From contig CM022669.1 in NCBI GenBank assembly GCA_012295275.1, forward strand, positions 14,756,001-14,820,000: DNA of 64,000 nucleotides, read 5' to 3'. The notes under the pieces were generated by a model that saw only the letters and a list, made by a program, of their open reading frames with translations, was not told the DNA's origin and searched no databases. The position numbers and the translations under genes are program-made. This DNA comes from Chrysomallon squamiferum. Lineage: Eukaryota > Animalia > Mollusca. Of the stretch, positions 12,801 to 27,143 are shown in pieces (positions within the stretch are counted from its first letter, which is position 1; the number at the start of each line of letters is the position of its first letter).

Positions 12801-13837
12801 ATGTGTAGAACGTAATATGCTCCACTACGGTGAAACATTGTTCCTGAAAAAGCAAACCATAGGGATAATAACCGCGACAAACGTACGCGCCATTATCGCT
12901 GTTATCAGAGAAGGGAAATATTTCCATTTCTTTACGCTTTCGTGACTCGTAACCTTATTGATAGCTCGTAGATGAAGAAAACTTCATTCTTGTATATATA
13001 TCTCCGACTTGAAAGGTGTACGTTACAAGAATTCAGCGGAGAGAGGCAATAAATATTCAGTTTTTACTCTGCTTGGATCTAAGTGAAATCGTAGAGAGAG
13101 AGAGAGGCGAGAGAGTTGGATATTTATTAAGAAAACGTGGCGGGAAAGTATCCTCATTTCGTCTGCTTCGTTTCGTTACGTACGAGAGTAGAAATTGACA
13201 TAATACCGTCTAGTTAATGTGTAATAGAATATATTGCTGAATAATGCGTTTTATAAAATATAATGAAAAAGAATGCAGCAGGGCTTTGTGTTTCTAACTG
13301 AGCCAGGAATAAATAACCATTTAATTTCTCAAGCAACAAACGGAGAAACCATACTTGAAAACCTGTGTTAAAAATGTCACACAGTAATACATAAAACCAT
13401 TATTTCACTTTCAGTGATAACATAATTTCGGTTGATTATTATCGGTGAAACAGTATAAGCCGTTTGTTGGTTTGAATAATGACGATCGCAAAAACAAGAC
13501 ATTAAAAAATTTGTAAGTTGTGTCTAGGCAGTACTAAGAATAATAAACTCACTACACGTGTTTGTGGTGAGTCAACTGTAGTGTGAAATATTTCATTGAA
13601 ATATCAGGATTATTATTATTATTATTTTTTTGTTTTGTATCCTTTGATGTTCGTTTGAATAGAACTCTTGACACATGTAGATTTAGTTATTGTGTGAAAC
13701 ATCACTGCGCGTAAATTGGGCGTCTGTTACATTTTTATTACTCTGTATCCAAATATCAAATGGAATGTATTCTAACGCATATTGCTACTAAAGAACTAAA
13801 TTATATCCATAAGGATTTATTTTTTTTCTTTCTTTTT

Positions 13838-13873
<36 letters not shown>

Positions 13874-13879
13874 CTCTTG

Positions 13880-14300
13880 TTCCTCTACCCGTGCGCATGC
13901 CTCGAACTACCTGGCGGGCTGGGTCAAAATCGCATTTGATTGATTGAACCCTTGTTGTCGGTTGATTTCTCGCCTCCCAATGCAAAACTTCCTTGACTTG
14001 GCTTAACCGTCAAACAAAACGTTTAATTTTGCAAGTCATTTTTTTTTTATATCGATATCAGCTCTTGGATTACAAAAAGAAAAGGAGAGCGCGCGAGAGA
14101 GAGAGAGATAATTATGTTTTTTTTTTTTAATGTCGTAGTTGTATTTTTTGTGTGCTGAATTAGTTGGAAGAGGGCTTGTGTAAAGAGAAGTATTAAACGC
14201 GAACCTACAGTTACGTCTGTCGGCGTAACTGCTACTTCACAAGTCACTACCTCGGCAGACGACACTTTCGGATTTCGTCGTCGCGGAAACAGACGAAACT
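13880..14300 (+). promoter_or_regulatory. CpG-enriched promoter-like region of an unidentified large + strand gene
   Basis: NRF1-like TGCGCATGC 13892-13900, CCAAT near 13977, DRE-like TATCGATA 14050-14057, flanking poly(T) tracts, high CpG density through 14300, followed by an ATG and a strong splice donor. Confidence 0.55.
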
Positions 14301-14471
14301 GGCATTTTGTTCGAGTGGTGTTTTACTTTTGTGTTTTGTGTATTCTTGTTGCACATCGTTAAAAAAAAAAAAAAAAAAAGAAAAGAAAATCCGTGGTACG
14401 TTCATGTCCTGATTCAGGGTTTTGTTACCTTTGACTGATTACGAAGCAACATTTTGCTTAAACAAGCAGAG

Positions 14472-14488
14472 ATGTCTGTTAATATCAG
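14472..14488 (+). CDS. Candidate first coding exon (MSVNI + phase 2) of an unidentified gene with a very long downstream intron region
   Basis: GAGATGTCTGTTAATATCAG|GTGAGC directly downstream of the promoter-like region, followed by T-rich intron-like sequence. Too short for homology assignment and could be 5' UTR. Confidence 0.45.
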
Positions 14489-15334
14489 GTGAGCGTTATA
14501 AGTATTTATAGCCTTGTTCGCCTTATTAGTTCGACGGGGTTTTTTTTGAATTTAAAATTAATGCATAATTTTTTTATTTTTTTTTAAATAACATTTTAAA
14601 AGGTAAACTGCATATATTTTTCAGTCGATGTGATCTCTTTAATCGATGTGGTTTATTTAATTACATTTTAATCGACGATTTTTTTTTTTTTTTTTTTTTT
14701 TCATTTCTTCTTCTTCCCTTTTTTTTCCGCCTAGTTTTTGAGTTACTTATATTCTTAATCCGGATGTTTTATTTATTTGTGTCAGTATATTTCGCAACTT
14801 AGATTTTAATCACTGTAATCTTTTGACAGTTGTGTTCTGTTTATATATATTTTATTTGCATTTATTTCTTTATATTTATCTCAATCGATATATTTATATA
14901 TTATAAATATATATATACTTTATATATACTGAATGTCTCGAATAGAAAATATATATTGTATGTACGTATGTATGTATGTATGTATGTATGTGTTATTGTC
15001 AGCACGTATATACATCTGTACGTTATGTATGCAAGCTAACATGTGTAAATCGACTGGATTGGTGGATGGATGAATGAATGAATGAACTCTTGTATTTGGG
15101 TGAATGGACGACATAGGCGTACATGTCTGTGTAACTAATGTAAGTCAGCTGTAATAGTTTACATAGATGTTCGCTAACAGATAACATATATATATCTCTG
15201 TGTGTGTGTGTATATGTATACACACACACAACACATATACATATATATACATACTCACACAAACACACACATACATAAACACACAAACACACAGACTTAC
15301 AAGCGATGTAAAGGCGTTAAAGTACTTTTTAGTT

Positions 15335-15340
<6 letters not shown>

Positions 15341-15422
<82 letters not shown>
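15341..15422. repeat. (CT)41 microsatellite
   Basis: Perfect dinucleotide run. Confidence 0.97.
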
Positions 15423-15425
<3 letters not shown>

Positions 15426-16125
15426 CATTCAGCTTTACACACAAAAAAGAAAAAGTTAAATGAAAAAAAAAAGGGTGGTGAAAAAAATAAAAACCAGCAC
15501 GAAAGACAAGCCAGTGATTCAGCCAGTGTAAGATGAATAAAATAACCGTGGCACGAAGACCGAACGCTGAGCAATTTACAACAACGGTTTTTTTCAAAGG
15601 ATAAAAGTGTTTAGCATTAATGCGTAGCATATTGGTGGTTAATCTCTGTTGGTGGTTCTTTTGCTTTTGCACTCTTAATGCAGAAAGATTCATAAGCGCA
15701 GCGCCAGATAGTGTGATAGCTGAGTCTGCACTATAGTACACACCTCGTGTTGTTCCCATTCTCGAGTTGTCGCGCTCGCAGTGAAGTGAAGTGAAAAAAA
15801 AAAAAACGAGTTAGTGAATTACTCTACAAATGCGAACTAACGCAAACGGCGCTAACGTAACAGCCGAGTGTTTCTTAAAAGGGCAGCTGTGCTATTTTAG
15901 TGTTTGTGTTTAAAGCGTTAAGTGTAAGTATTGCGCAACGAATCGTAATATTTGTTTTACGACAAATAATCAAGTCAGGTTTTTTTTTAATTTTTTAATC
16001 GAGTGTTGTAGTTCGGTTAGGTATTTTTTACTGTGGAATGGAATGACGTGTGTTGTTTTTTTTTTTTTTTTTTAAGGACACTTTTATTTGACTTTTGTGT
16101 GTGTATGTGTGTATTTGTGTTTGTG

Positions 16126-16130
<5 letters not shown>

Positions 16131-16220
<90 letters not shown>

Positions 16221-16230
16221 GTGTGCGTGT
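16131..16230. repeat. (CT)30 followed by (GT)n
   Basis: Directly visible. Confidence 0.97.
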
Positions 16231-16355
16231 TTTAGGAATAAGATAATGTTTTTCTTATTGTTATTCCAGTTTCTTGTAATCTTTGGTAATGATTATGACG
16301 GTTGAAAGAATTGTCGGTATATTTAATAGTTTTTTTCTAAAATTTTAACATCGAC

Positions 16356-16402
<47 letters not shown>

Positions 16403-16503
16403 TTAACAAATCATTCCAAAGAAAACAAGCAAGAAAAAAAAAACAAAAAAACAATATAAAATGTTTAAATAGCTAGGGCCTGTCGGTGTCCTTTCCAGTT
16501 TTT

Positions 16504-16544
<41 letters not shown>

Positions 16545-16804
16545 GTTTTTAACCATACATACATCCACGTCTTCTTACGGGGTTAAATGACGCTAAACAA
16601 ATTATTTGTTTCTCTCGCCCTGCAAGAAACACTAGACTTTTGTGAGTATACGAAATACTTGTTACACCCGTAGCATCCGGACATAAATCTTTTCATTTGA
16701 ACAGCGTCCGGGGTTCTCAACTTTTCATCACCAGACGCGGACAACGGGGCGGGGTGGGTTATTAATTGTACGTATCATCTTGCACTTCGTTTGTAGCGAA
16801 CCGG

Positions 16805-16836
<32 letters not shown>

Positions 16837-16921
16837 GAATGTAAAAAACGAAAAGCTGGGTTATAATTTATCATTTATCTTTCTTCGTGTAATGTTATAT
16901 AGTTGGTATTTTAACGCCGGC

Positions 16922-17002
16922 ATGTATGTATGTATGTATGTATGTATGTATGTATGTATGTATGTATGTATGTATGTACGTACGTACGTATGTATGGTAG
17001 AT

Positions 17003-17086
<84 letters not shown>
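16922..17086. repeat. (TATG)n followed by (AG)n (AG run 17004-17086)
   Basis: Directly visible. Confidence 0.97.
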
Positions 17087-17089
<3 letters not shown>

Positions 17090-17547
17090 TATCTAATAAT
17101 GAGCTGCTATTTCAAATATGCACTAAACTGAAGCCGCTTTTATATTACTCTGACGCGTTCCATATATCCTTAATATAGTTCTGTATACATTTGAATGACA
17201 GTACGTTGTGCCATTGTTGCTGCTAGTCAAACAGCATACACCACAGCCTCAGGCTCTAACAAGTGTGATATTTCAAGAGGTTCAAACATTCTCGGTTATT
17301 AATATACCATCTTCTTCTTGACACACAAAAAATCCAATTACAGATGAAAATGAGTAGAAACGAACAGTTGATATAAGATGTAAGGTGTATCGTAGATTTA
17401 CAAAACCACATTATTAATATTAAATGTGATTCTTGAGGAGAATGTGCACATATGTATGGTTTGTTAAGTGTATGTATCTCTCTATGTATGTATGTATGTT
17501 TGTATGGGTATGCGTATGTGTGTCAATATTTAAACACTGTATATACC

Positions 17548-17648
<101 letters not shown>

Positions 17649-18979
17649 ATTTGTACTAATGTTAATAAGAAAAAGACTAATGATATAGATGACAACAACA
17701 ACATTTAAAAGCTTACCTAAAAACCCATATGTGGTGCTAATTAGTTAAGGGTAGAATTTACTTTCTGCTGACAATATGGCAAGTTGCACGCAATGATTCA
17801 CAAGCTGATATATTACCGTGCCAGAATGTTTGTAGATCGAGTGTAGAAAGTGCCATAAATTTCAATTACTCGTATCTATATTACTTTTATTACAAACTCG
17901 TTGTTAGGTCCGTGCGGGGCATGACGTTATTCAGCTTTCGTTACGTGACGTACTCGCCTGTACCAGTCGTAATTATTTGTAAAAAAGCAGACGAGATATT
18001 ACTCAACGGGTGATGTTTCGAATTGTTTGAAATCTGTACAAAGATCCTTATGATCCTTACATGATACGGCTCGTAGCTCAGTGCCTCGATAGGTTATGTC
18101 ATTTAAATATCGATTTTATTACAAACATATTTACATTATTTTCCCCCCACTTGTTCCCTGTACGTGCTCTTATCAGTGAAGACCAACTATAATACTGTCA
18201 CTGATTATTTTACAATGTTTGGTTAAGCAGTGACGGTAACAGGAAAGATCTACGCATTTTGGATAGATAGGTGAAGGACATAACCATCTTGTAAAATGAT
18301 AAGATGACTGTCGAAACAGGAGGTGCAGAGCCTATATATATATATTCAGTGAAATAATTAAAGTATTTGTATAAATAACTATGAGATATATGTGTCAGTT
18401 TTAACAACTAGAAAAGGTATTTTAAATTACGTCATTGTTAATTTATTGGTTTTGTTTACATTCGTCAATGATATGCACCCTCTTAGCTGTTTCTTCTTCT
18501 TTCCTTTTCTTAAATAAAGCAACATCTTATATAATACAAAGTAAAATAAGCTGTATGTTTTGTTTTGTTTCTTAACTGTCTATAATTTTTCTATAACGAA
18601 TCTAATTATTCTGGAATGAATTTGTCTGAATATTTCCACGTGTAATATCATCTGTGATGATCATAAACCAGTGTTTTAGAGCTGGCTTTGAGAAAATCGT
18701 TAATTCTAATTCTAGTTCTAATACGACAGTTTTCATAATCAAGGACCAAATAAATTTATTTTTTCTTTTTATTTCACTTTTTTTTTTAACTCAGAATTTT
18801 CCTTTATGTTACATTACTGTATTTTTATTTATTTATTTCACTCTATATTATTTTTTCTTATTTTTTTACATTTAATGATATTTTTCAATAATTTACTCTT
18901 ACTTTTTTTATTTTTCTACACATTTTGTTTTAATTTTTAATTTATTTATTTTTATTATTTTTATTTATTTTGTTTTCAT

Positions 18980-19013
<34 letters not shown>

Positions 19014-19435
19014 TAATTTTTAATTTTTTTGTATCTTCTATTTCTTTCTTGTTTCTTTTCGACTTGGCTCTCGGCTTTCAGCATTCTATTTACATTAAAG
19101 AGCGGCCATTGATATATTTGTATCTGTGGCATTTGCACCGAAGAACCCGCTGATATATGAAGGTGTAATTCCAGGCTCTAATTTTGACCTTTCAAGAGTT
19201 AACGTCAAGTGACTTCGCTAGCCGTGACCTCTGATAGCTCGTGATATTTGACAAACGTCTGCGTATCAACTCGGCACTGGGCGGCAGTCATTTGCACAAA
19301 TTGTCGACATCGATAACTCTATCTCCGTTAATACACCCTTACGAGAGCTTTAATTACCTTATGGTTATTAATTTTTTTTATTTATTGCTTTTAAAGAAGC
19401 TTTTGACTTGTTAATGAGAAAGCAGGCAAAAAAAA

Positions 19436-19469
<34 letters not shown>

Positions 19470-19540
19470 TAATAAATAAAAAAACAAATAATTAAATAAA
19501 TTTAAAAAATAAAACTTCAGCTGTTACAATTCGTTTCTGA

Positions 19541-19588
19541 TTATTATTATTATTATTATTATATTTATTATTATTATTATTATTATTA

Positions 19589-19643
<55 letters not shown>
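19541..19643. repeat. (ATT)n microsatellite
   Basis: Directly visible. Confidence 0.95.
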
Positions 19644-19644
<1 letters not shown>

Positions 19645-20278
19645 GAAATAATACGCCACATTTCTTACTGAAGAAAATCTGTTCAGTTTGAATAATCCGT
19701 TGATCGTTCGTTGTATGGCAGCTGGTAAATCTATGCATGTTTATAAAGTTGGTCTTTACTGAAAAAATTTGGTTTTATAAAAACCTTAATGTTGCAGCAG
19801 ATTCATTTACTTATGTATTTTCCACATGTTATGTCGTTATAATGATGTTTTTTGCTACATTGAATCGAATTGAAATACAGTATATTTATTTTAATTTTTC
19901 TTGGTTTTTTTTTTTTTTTCTTTTTTTTTTATTTTATTTTTTATTATTATTTTTTTTTTCTTTGCTTTTATTTCTTTATATCATTAAATCATGATAATTT
20001 AAACAAATTAAACAAGATCAGAATATTAAAAGCTTTTATCATTTTCGTTTGCTTTGGCAGTTATACAGGTCAACTGAAACCATTATTATTTATTTTTATT
20101 TGTCTTTTTTTATTTTAAATTAAAAAAAAAGAAAAGAAGTGAATACAGACAAAATCATCAATTCTGTTTTTTTACCCTTATACTTTATGTACATACTTCT
20201 AAGCTATTTCCATTATATTTTTTTTTTCTGTCAGAGAAAGTTATGTTACGTACATTAATATATTCCAGCATTAATACA

Positions 20279-20314
<36 letters not shown>

Positions 20315-23300
20315 GCAGGGAAGAGATCTTTATATCACACTTACGTGATTAAAATAGTCAGAATAAATTTTTGGCTATTTCAATATTCCATCGTCCCAAA
20401 CAGTACAGTCTAGTAACACTAACAACATCTGGATCAAAAACAGTAACATACATCGTGTTATACCTTCATGTTAAATCTGTATGTTTTTCAAATGTATGCA
20501 GATAATAAGCATGCTTTTTACGTTGCGTTATCTTTAATATCACTTGCGTTTGAAACTGTTATTACCGCCTGTGAAAGCCAGCTCATACGGCATTCGCTTC
20601 ATCCTGTTACAAAAGCTATTATTTAGATCTAAGACCTCTGTCATCTGATTTCGAAATAACCATCACAGAATGAAAATTCTATATTTTTATTATTTTTTAA
20701 CGATTTATTACCAGAGTTTGGGATTGCATGCAGACCACACGTATACACACAGACAAGGAGGGGCCAGTTGAAAGCAATAAAATAACAACAATAATCAGAT
20801 GTTAGGACAGAATTAGATTTATCTGCAGAACAGGATTAAAATTGTGTTGCATGCTGTATTATCGTTCTCGATCGTTGTAACGATATGGACTGTCTTTGCC
20901 GAGTGAGTGCATGGTCCTAGTTTTAAATAACACATACGTACGCACACGCATGCACGCAGACACATATATACATTTGACAGTCACCATGAGGTTCATTTTT
21001 AGACTATGGCTGTAAACCACATTTGCCCAGTCTCATGAGTCGATTATGTGTGTGTGTGTGTCTGTATGTTTGTGCGTACGTGCGTGCGCGTGTATATATA
21101 TTGGAATTCCATTTTTCTCTCACTCCACATATTTTTCTTTGTATATGTGTTGTGTACATACTAACACACATTATGGGACAGAAGGTTGGGGTAAAAAAAA
21201 AAAAAAAGTAAAGTATCACATACATCTGTATAATAAAGAGGTGAGAGATTCTTCGTCACACTAGAAATCCGATACACAGTGTTGAAATAAATCTTGTTTT
21301 CCTCTTGACCCCCTTTCATCAAATCCCTTCAGGTGAGAAAAATAATACGCCCGCTACGTATTCCCCCGCGTCCCGCGTGCCTTCCCCCCCCCCGCCTCTC
21401 TCCACTAATGCAGGCAGTGTGTGGAGTTGATAAAATACACTTCTCGGGTGTCGTTGGGCAATAGGTGAATGAACATACGGCTGGCTTACAGAAAAAAAAA
21501 AAAAAAAAAAAAAAACCCCAAAATATATGATAAGAGCTATATTTCCTAATAAGAAAAATTCTGATAATAATTCAGTAATTTCATGCAGCTTCATCAAAGT
21601 CATATGCATTGACACCATCTTTTTAATAGTCGTCAATATTTTTTTTTTTATATATTTATATACAGGCCTATTTTTAATAAGGTTTTTATAATTTTAATTC
21701 TTTGTTGTGCTTGTATGAGTTGATGTGTGTTTTTATGTACGAAATATATTTTGTGTTCAAATCAGTTTGTTGTGGAATGCGGACAATCGAAGGCAACAAT
21801 CAACGTGTTTAATCTGTGCTGATTTTATTAATAAGCGATGCAAATTAGGCATATCGGTTTACACAACGACCATTCGTCTGACGGTCGTCGCTTCAAATTA
21901 ACCCAATTCCCAGCTAACAAGGTCCCAATTATTTCGCAAAAAAAGGACGTTTGTGTACATGACTAAAAACTGGTTTCATATCATGCAAAAGCACTTGAGG
22001 TTTGTTTACGCCAATTTGCGTCCTGTATTGGCGCTAATGTTCGCGAACCGGCCAACAAATGATCTGCCTGCCTTATCTCGCTGAGCCGACTGTAACTTCA
22101 AACATCATGGACATCACGACTAATGAATTCTCTGGATACAAATATACCTGTCACAGGTATGAACCTGCGGTCTTCCTCCACCCCATGGTTTACACCCTCC
22201 TGTAGCATTGTTAACAATGGCTTCGGTGGTCTTGCGCTTTATTGTTTAGCCACAAAATGGCTACGAGTTCATTTAGAAGGGGAAAACGAATCGCTGTCCT
22301 CTATGTGGGGTCCACTCGCAACTATTTATCAAACACTTGAACGGGTTTTACGGTAGTGCAATGTTGGACTTCAGGAGTCTGTTCGCCTCAGACTGTCAAA
22401 TTAAAAATGGTAATAAAAATGTTCAAGACAAATAACTAAATGTTCTAGCGTTCTTCGTCTGAATAACTTATGGCATCCATTGCCCTCGGGTTTTTGTGGG
22501 GAAAAAAAACGTAAAAGAATAAAAAAAAAACCTACAAAAGATCAATCATTTTCTGGCAATAATGTATGAAGGCTTTGCGGGAAGAAATTCCAGTATGTGT
22601 ATTTATTTGTGTATTGTTGTGTGTGTAGGTATCTGCATGTATTTATTTCAGTAGCTTTAAATAGTCGTATTCTAGTGTGACATTAGTCTTAAAATGCGTG
22701 TGGTTTTCTGAAGAAGGAAAAACAAAAATGAATGAAAAATTTAATTTAATATTTTTTATGGTCAATAAATGTCAGGATGATTATATATATTATGACAGTC
22801 ATTTTCAGAAAATAAATTTAATTTTTTATTTAATTTTTTTTTTTTTTTCATTCATTGACGGGTTTAGAAATGTAATGATTTATTTTGCACATTTTTAAAA
22901 ATTATTATTTCAAGATACATTAAGTGCAACAACATTAAAAAATGACCTCATTTAACGGAAGAAAATAAAAAGGAAAAGACATAACATGTTGCAACATACT
23001 TTTATAACGTATTTCTGACTGCAAACAACAGTTTTTAATCATTTCTCTCTAACCAAACGCTGTAAGAAGGGTCAAGAACTCGATATTTCTGTTGACCAAA
23101 ATATACACGAGCAAAAATGACAGAAAAAGTAACTTGTCCATTAATGAGTGAAGCGAAATTTCTGCATTACGGAGCTGTTAAAATGTTTAACGCTCTTTCA
23201 AAATGACAGGCAGCCCTTAGATCACAGAATCAGTTCAATTAGTGCTCACAACTACTAAGTACATTATTTAAATGATTTTTGGTGATTCTAGATATGGAAC

Positions 23301-24531
23301 ATCATGGTAATGGTTTCATTTCTTATCAGAAACATCCACAAGCGTTAGGTCTTCAGATTTACAGCGATAAAGATCATGAAGTTTATTATTAAGTATTTTG
23401 GTTGTGTTGGTCCATGTCCAGTCCCTTGATAAACAATTGTTGAAGAATCAGGATGGATCGCGATTGTGTCTATGTCTGCTGCTCAGTAATTACGTGTCAA
23501 GACAGGTAAAATGTATACGTAAATAAAATTAAAAATTTTTGATTTCAACTTTCTGCAACCTCCCCTCCCAAAAAAAAAAAAACAACAAAAAAGACGAAAA
23601 AGAACACACACAATAATAAATAAATAAACAAACAAACTTTAAAAATATATAAATAAATAAAAATAATTAACCAAAAAAAAAAATAAAATAAAATAAATAA
23701 AATAAAAATAAGCACAACCACAATTAAAAAAAAAAAAAAAAAAAACCACATAAACTCAGTAAAGACTATAAATGTGAAATAATTTCATTGCCCTCATAAA
23801 AACAACTGCACAACAAACCAACAACTAATTGTCAACGACCTCACACGTGGATTATTCACCTTTATCCAGTGATCTTTGTTGATAGATGGTCGGTGTCACG
23901 GTAAATTGTTCTCCGTGTAATAGTTCTCCGTACGCCGTTAAATAGCCTCGTAAAACAGACTCTCTTTTCAGTTTGGATCGTAAATTAAAAGTATAATTAT
24001 CCCAAGACATGATAAGGACACCTGAAATGGTCGAAACGGAATACAACAGTTCTTTGTTTGTGTGACCACAGCGAAATTTAAAAAAAAAAAGAAAAAATAA
24101 AAAAGAAAAGAAAATTGAATTAAAAGTGTCACTGTTTATATGTGGCAGGTTATAAAATTTACTTTAACACACCATTTCATTAATTCATTGAGTATTAAAA
24201 CCACCTGTAACAGAGTTAAGTAGCTAAGCTGTCAGGTATATTTCCACAGACAAGACTGCGTCTCATATTCCTTTAACATTACTGGATATTCTTGTATAGA
24301 GAATGCCACCTCATGCTGTAGCTAAATGAGGCAAAACTGTTTCTGTAGCAATTGTGTTATTAACAAGTAAAAAAGTGTAGCACTTTATTAAAAGATTTGT
24401 GTACACGAAATGTCAGCTAACTGAATGAACGATGATTGTAGGAAGGTTTAATTCTATAATTAATTCCTTTTTAACTTACAAAATACTCTTTACGTAGGTT
24501 TAAAAAAACACAGAAGAAAAGTTACACGCCA

Positions 24532-24533
<2 letters not shown>

Positions 24534-24610
<77 letters not shown>
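24534..24610. repeat. (CA)n microsatellite
   Basis: Directly visible. Confidence 0.95.
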
Positions 24611-24614
<4 letters not shown>

Positions 24615-24832
24615 TGTATATTAAATTTAGACGTTTACACACAGTTAGAAAATCACCAAAGCATTTTTTCTTTCACTTGCTCAATTGGGAAAACCTGCCG
24701 AAAAGGTACAACAAAGATAACTTTGTTGACATTGGCCGGTGTCGCAGCCTGGCAAACAAGGGGACCTCACTCAAACGGGTCTCAAATGACACATCCAGCG
24801 GTTCCTTTCAACAACTGGACGCGAATTGGTTT

Positions 24833-25146
24833 CACGTGGCCGCCATTGTTCTCCTAATGACAGGCAGTTTATTCCGCCTTTCTAGTGACACCTTTCTTGA
24901 CACCAGCGGCATTCCAAGAAACGGTCCGTATTTGCCGGACACTGCTGGACATTAGCAAGGTGTGGCAGGCACGTGGCTCGGCTGACCTTTTCCATTGTGG
25001 ACCGTGCGCGCACGTGATAGTTCGACGTTCCGGGTAATACTGGTCAGAAAACTCTGGAACGTTTATTTTTTGTATTTTTTTTGTATTTTGTATATTTTTT
25101 TTTTTTTTACCTTTCAGCTGCACGTGTTATTATGTTTTTCCACGTA
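24833..25146. promoter_or_regulatory. E-box cluster, candidate intronic enhancer
   Basis: CACGTG at 24833, 24970, 25011 and 25121, plus CACGTA at 25141, within a GC/CpG-rich island. Confidence 0.5.
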
Positions 25147-25888
25147 AATATCGGTGGCTTTATGTAGACGGTGTTGTTATTTGACTGAAAAGCTCTTGCT
25201 GGGTTGAAATTTCACGGTTCTGTGCTAACTAGAGTAATGGTGTTGTTGAATACAGACCGCGAAATTTGAATAAAACACGTTAACCACAAAACCTCGATAT
25301 CAGCTTGCAAGATGATACACGTTTAACCCGTTTACTTTACACTGACATCCAAGCACGCCTTACTTGCCCAAAGTCGTAACATTTCCGAGCCCAGCGTAAT
25401 GTTGTGCTTAAAAAGGTAATAAAGCTTGAACTAGATTGTGTAATCTTTATTCATTAGTCTGTGTTAAGTCATTGCAGTACATAAGAGTATATTTAATCTT
25501 ACAAATTCCGTCGTTTGACGCTTATTATTATTATTATTTTATTTATTTATTTATTTATTTATTTTTTTAAAGAGTGATTAAATAGTTCACTTTTTCTTCT
25601 TTTGCTCAGTCAGGACTAGGAAAGTATGGAATGGGCAAACATTCATCAGAAACTAGATTACATGCACTCTTGCCAAAGAGTTCTTTCCTTGGGAAAGTAT
25701 AAAGACCCAGTCTCCAAGACGCGTCTGAAACCAAAATGATTTGACATGTTTGTTCAGTTCTTATATTACATTAAGTGTAAGCTGAAATAAGGAAAGCAAA
25801 TACAGTTTACATTATTGTTATTAAAGCATTTTGGTTATTAGGAATATGAAATTAATTATATTTGCATTGTTTTTGTTGGGGTTTTTTT

Positions 25889-25980
<92 letters not shown>

Positions 25981-25996
25981 GTTTTTTTATGTAGAC

Positions 25997-26053
<57 letters not shown>
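25889..26053. repeat. (AG)n and (GT)n microsatellites
   Basis: Directly visible. Confidence 0.95.
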
Positions 26054-26054
<1 letters not shown>

Positions 26055-27011
26055 TGTATGTTTAAAAAACATTGTTTGAATTATCATATTTTAAAATATG
26101 TCTTGAAACGAATTCTTAAAGTTCGTTTAAAAAATTGTTTTTCTGGATTTCTTTTAAAATCACACTGACACTTTGGATTCTTTTAACAGTCTGAATTAGG
26201 TTTCTTTGCGTAGGAGAGCATTTTTAAAGTATCACATGCTAGACACATTCCTGAAGTCAGTTGAAACAAATTTCTGAAGAAAAAACTTAAAAGCAGTGTC
26301 ATATATTTTGCATATTGCTGCGTGTCACTTCTTTTGAAAATTCCTGTGTTAGTTGCTGTTTATCTTGTAATTTTTATTCTTTATTTTATTTCTTACATCT
26401 TCTCCTTTTTTCTTGCATTTATTTATTTTTTATCACATTTTTATACATCTTTTTGCTGTTAATTTCTTCATCTCTTTATTCTGTTATCATAAATATATTT
26501 TTACTTTTTTTTCCCCCTCTCTTTAGTCTCTAGCTTTCTTATTTTTTTTTATTTTATTTTATTTTGTTTTTCCTTTCGTGTTGTCTTGTTTTATAAACTT
26601 TCAACAGGGATTTCGTACATAAAAAGATTTAAAACGGAGAAATATTTCAACAACTCGGAGAGAGCCGCTCACAAGTCTGGAAACAGTTTAAACTGCAACA
26701 ATGTAGATCCCATCCCATTCGTCATTTTGTTTATTAGCTTTCCGCGCCGTCTACAGTTAAACTCTTTTTATTTGAGGTCCTAAGTTTCGTGTTTTCTCAG
26801 TTGCATAACAACAATGATGGAGAAAGGAAAAAAAAAAAACATCCACCAAAATGATCTATTATCGCGAAGATATAGAAACAAAAGTGCCGTTTTTCATTCT
26901 TCCTTTTTTTTTTTTTTAAGGGTTGTTTGTTTGTTTTGTTGAATTGCTTTTGTTTATTATTTTATTGTAGCTAGTGTAGTAGTAGTAGTAACGTATTATT
27001 ATAGTTGTTTA

Positions 27012-27095
27012 TTAGTAGTAGTAGTAGTAGTAGTTTTAGTTGTAGTAGTAGTTGTTGTTGTTGTTGTAGTTGTTGTAGTTGTAGTTGTAGTTGTA

Positions 27096-27141
<46 letters not shown>
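27012..27141. repeat. (AGT/TGT)n followed by (TA)n
   Basis: Directly visible. Confidence 0.9.

Positions 27142-27143
<2 letters not shown>

Noticed and set aside
12718-12927. Strong + strand acceptor (TTTTCTTCCAG) and a 69-aa minus-strand ORF
   Set aside because: No recognisable protein in the frames examined and no partner exon identified.
14472-14488. Naming the large gene (for example HIF-alpha, eIF5 or a septin) from MSVNI or MSVNISEK
   Set aside because: Too few residues and no diagnostic domain exon in the window.
18190-18200. TAATACTGTCA matching the 5' end of miR-8
   Set aside because: Only 11 nt match; the rest of the mature sequence and a precursor hairpin are missing.
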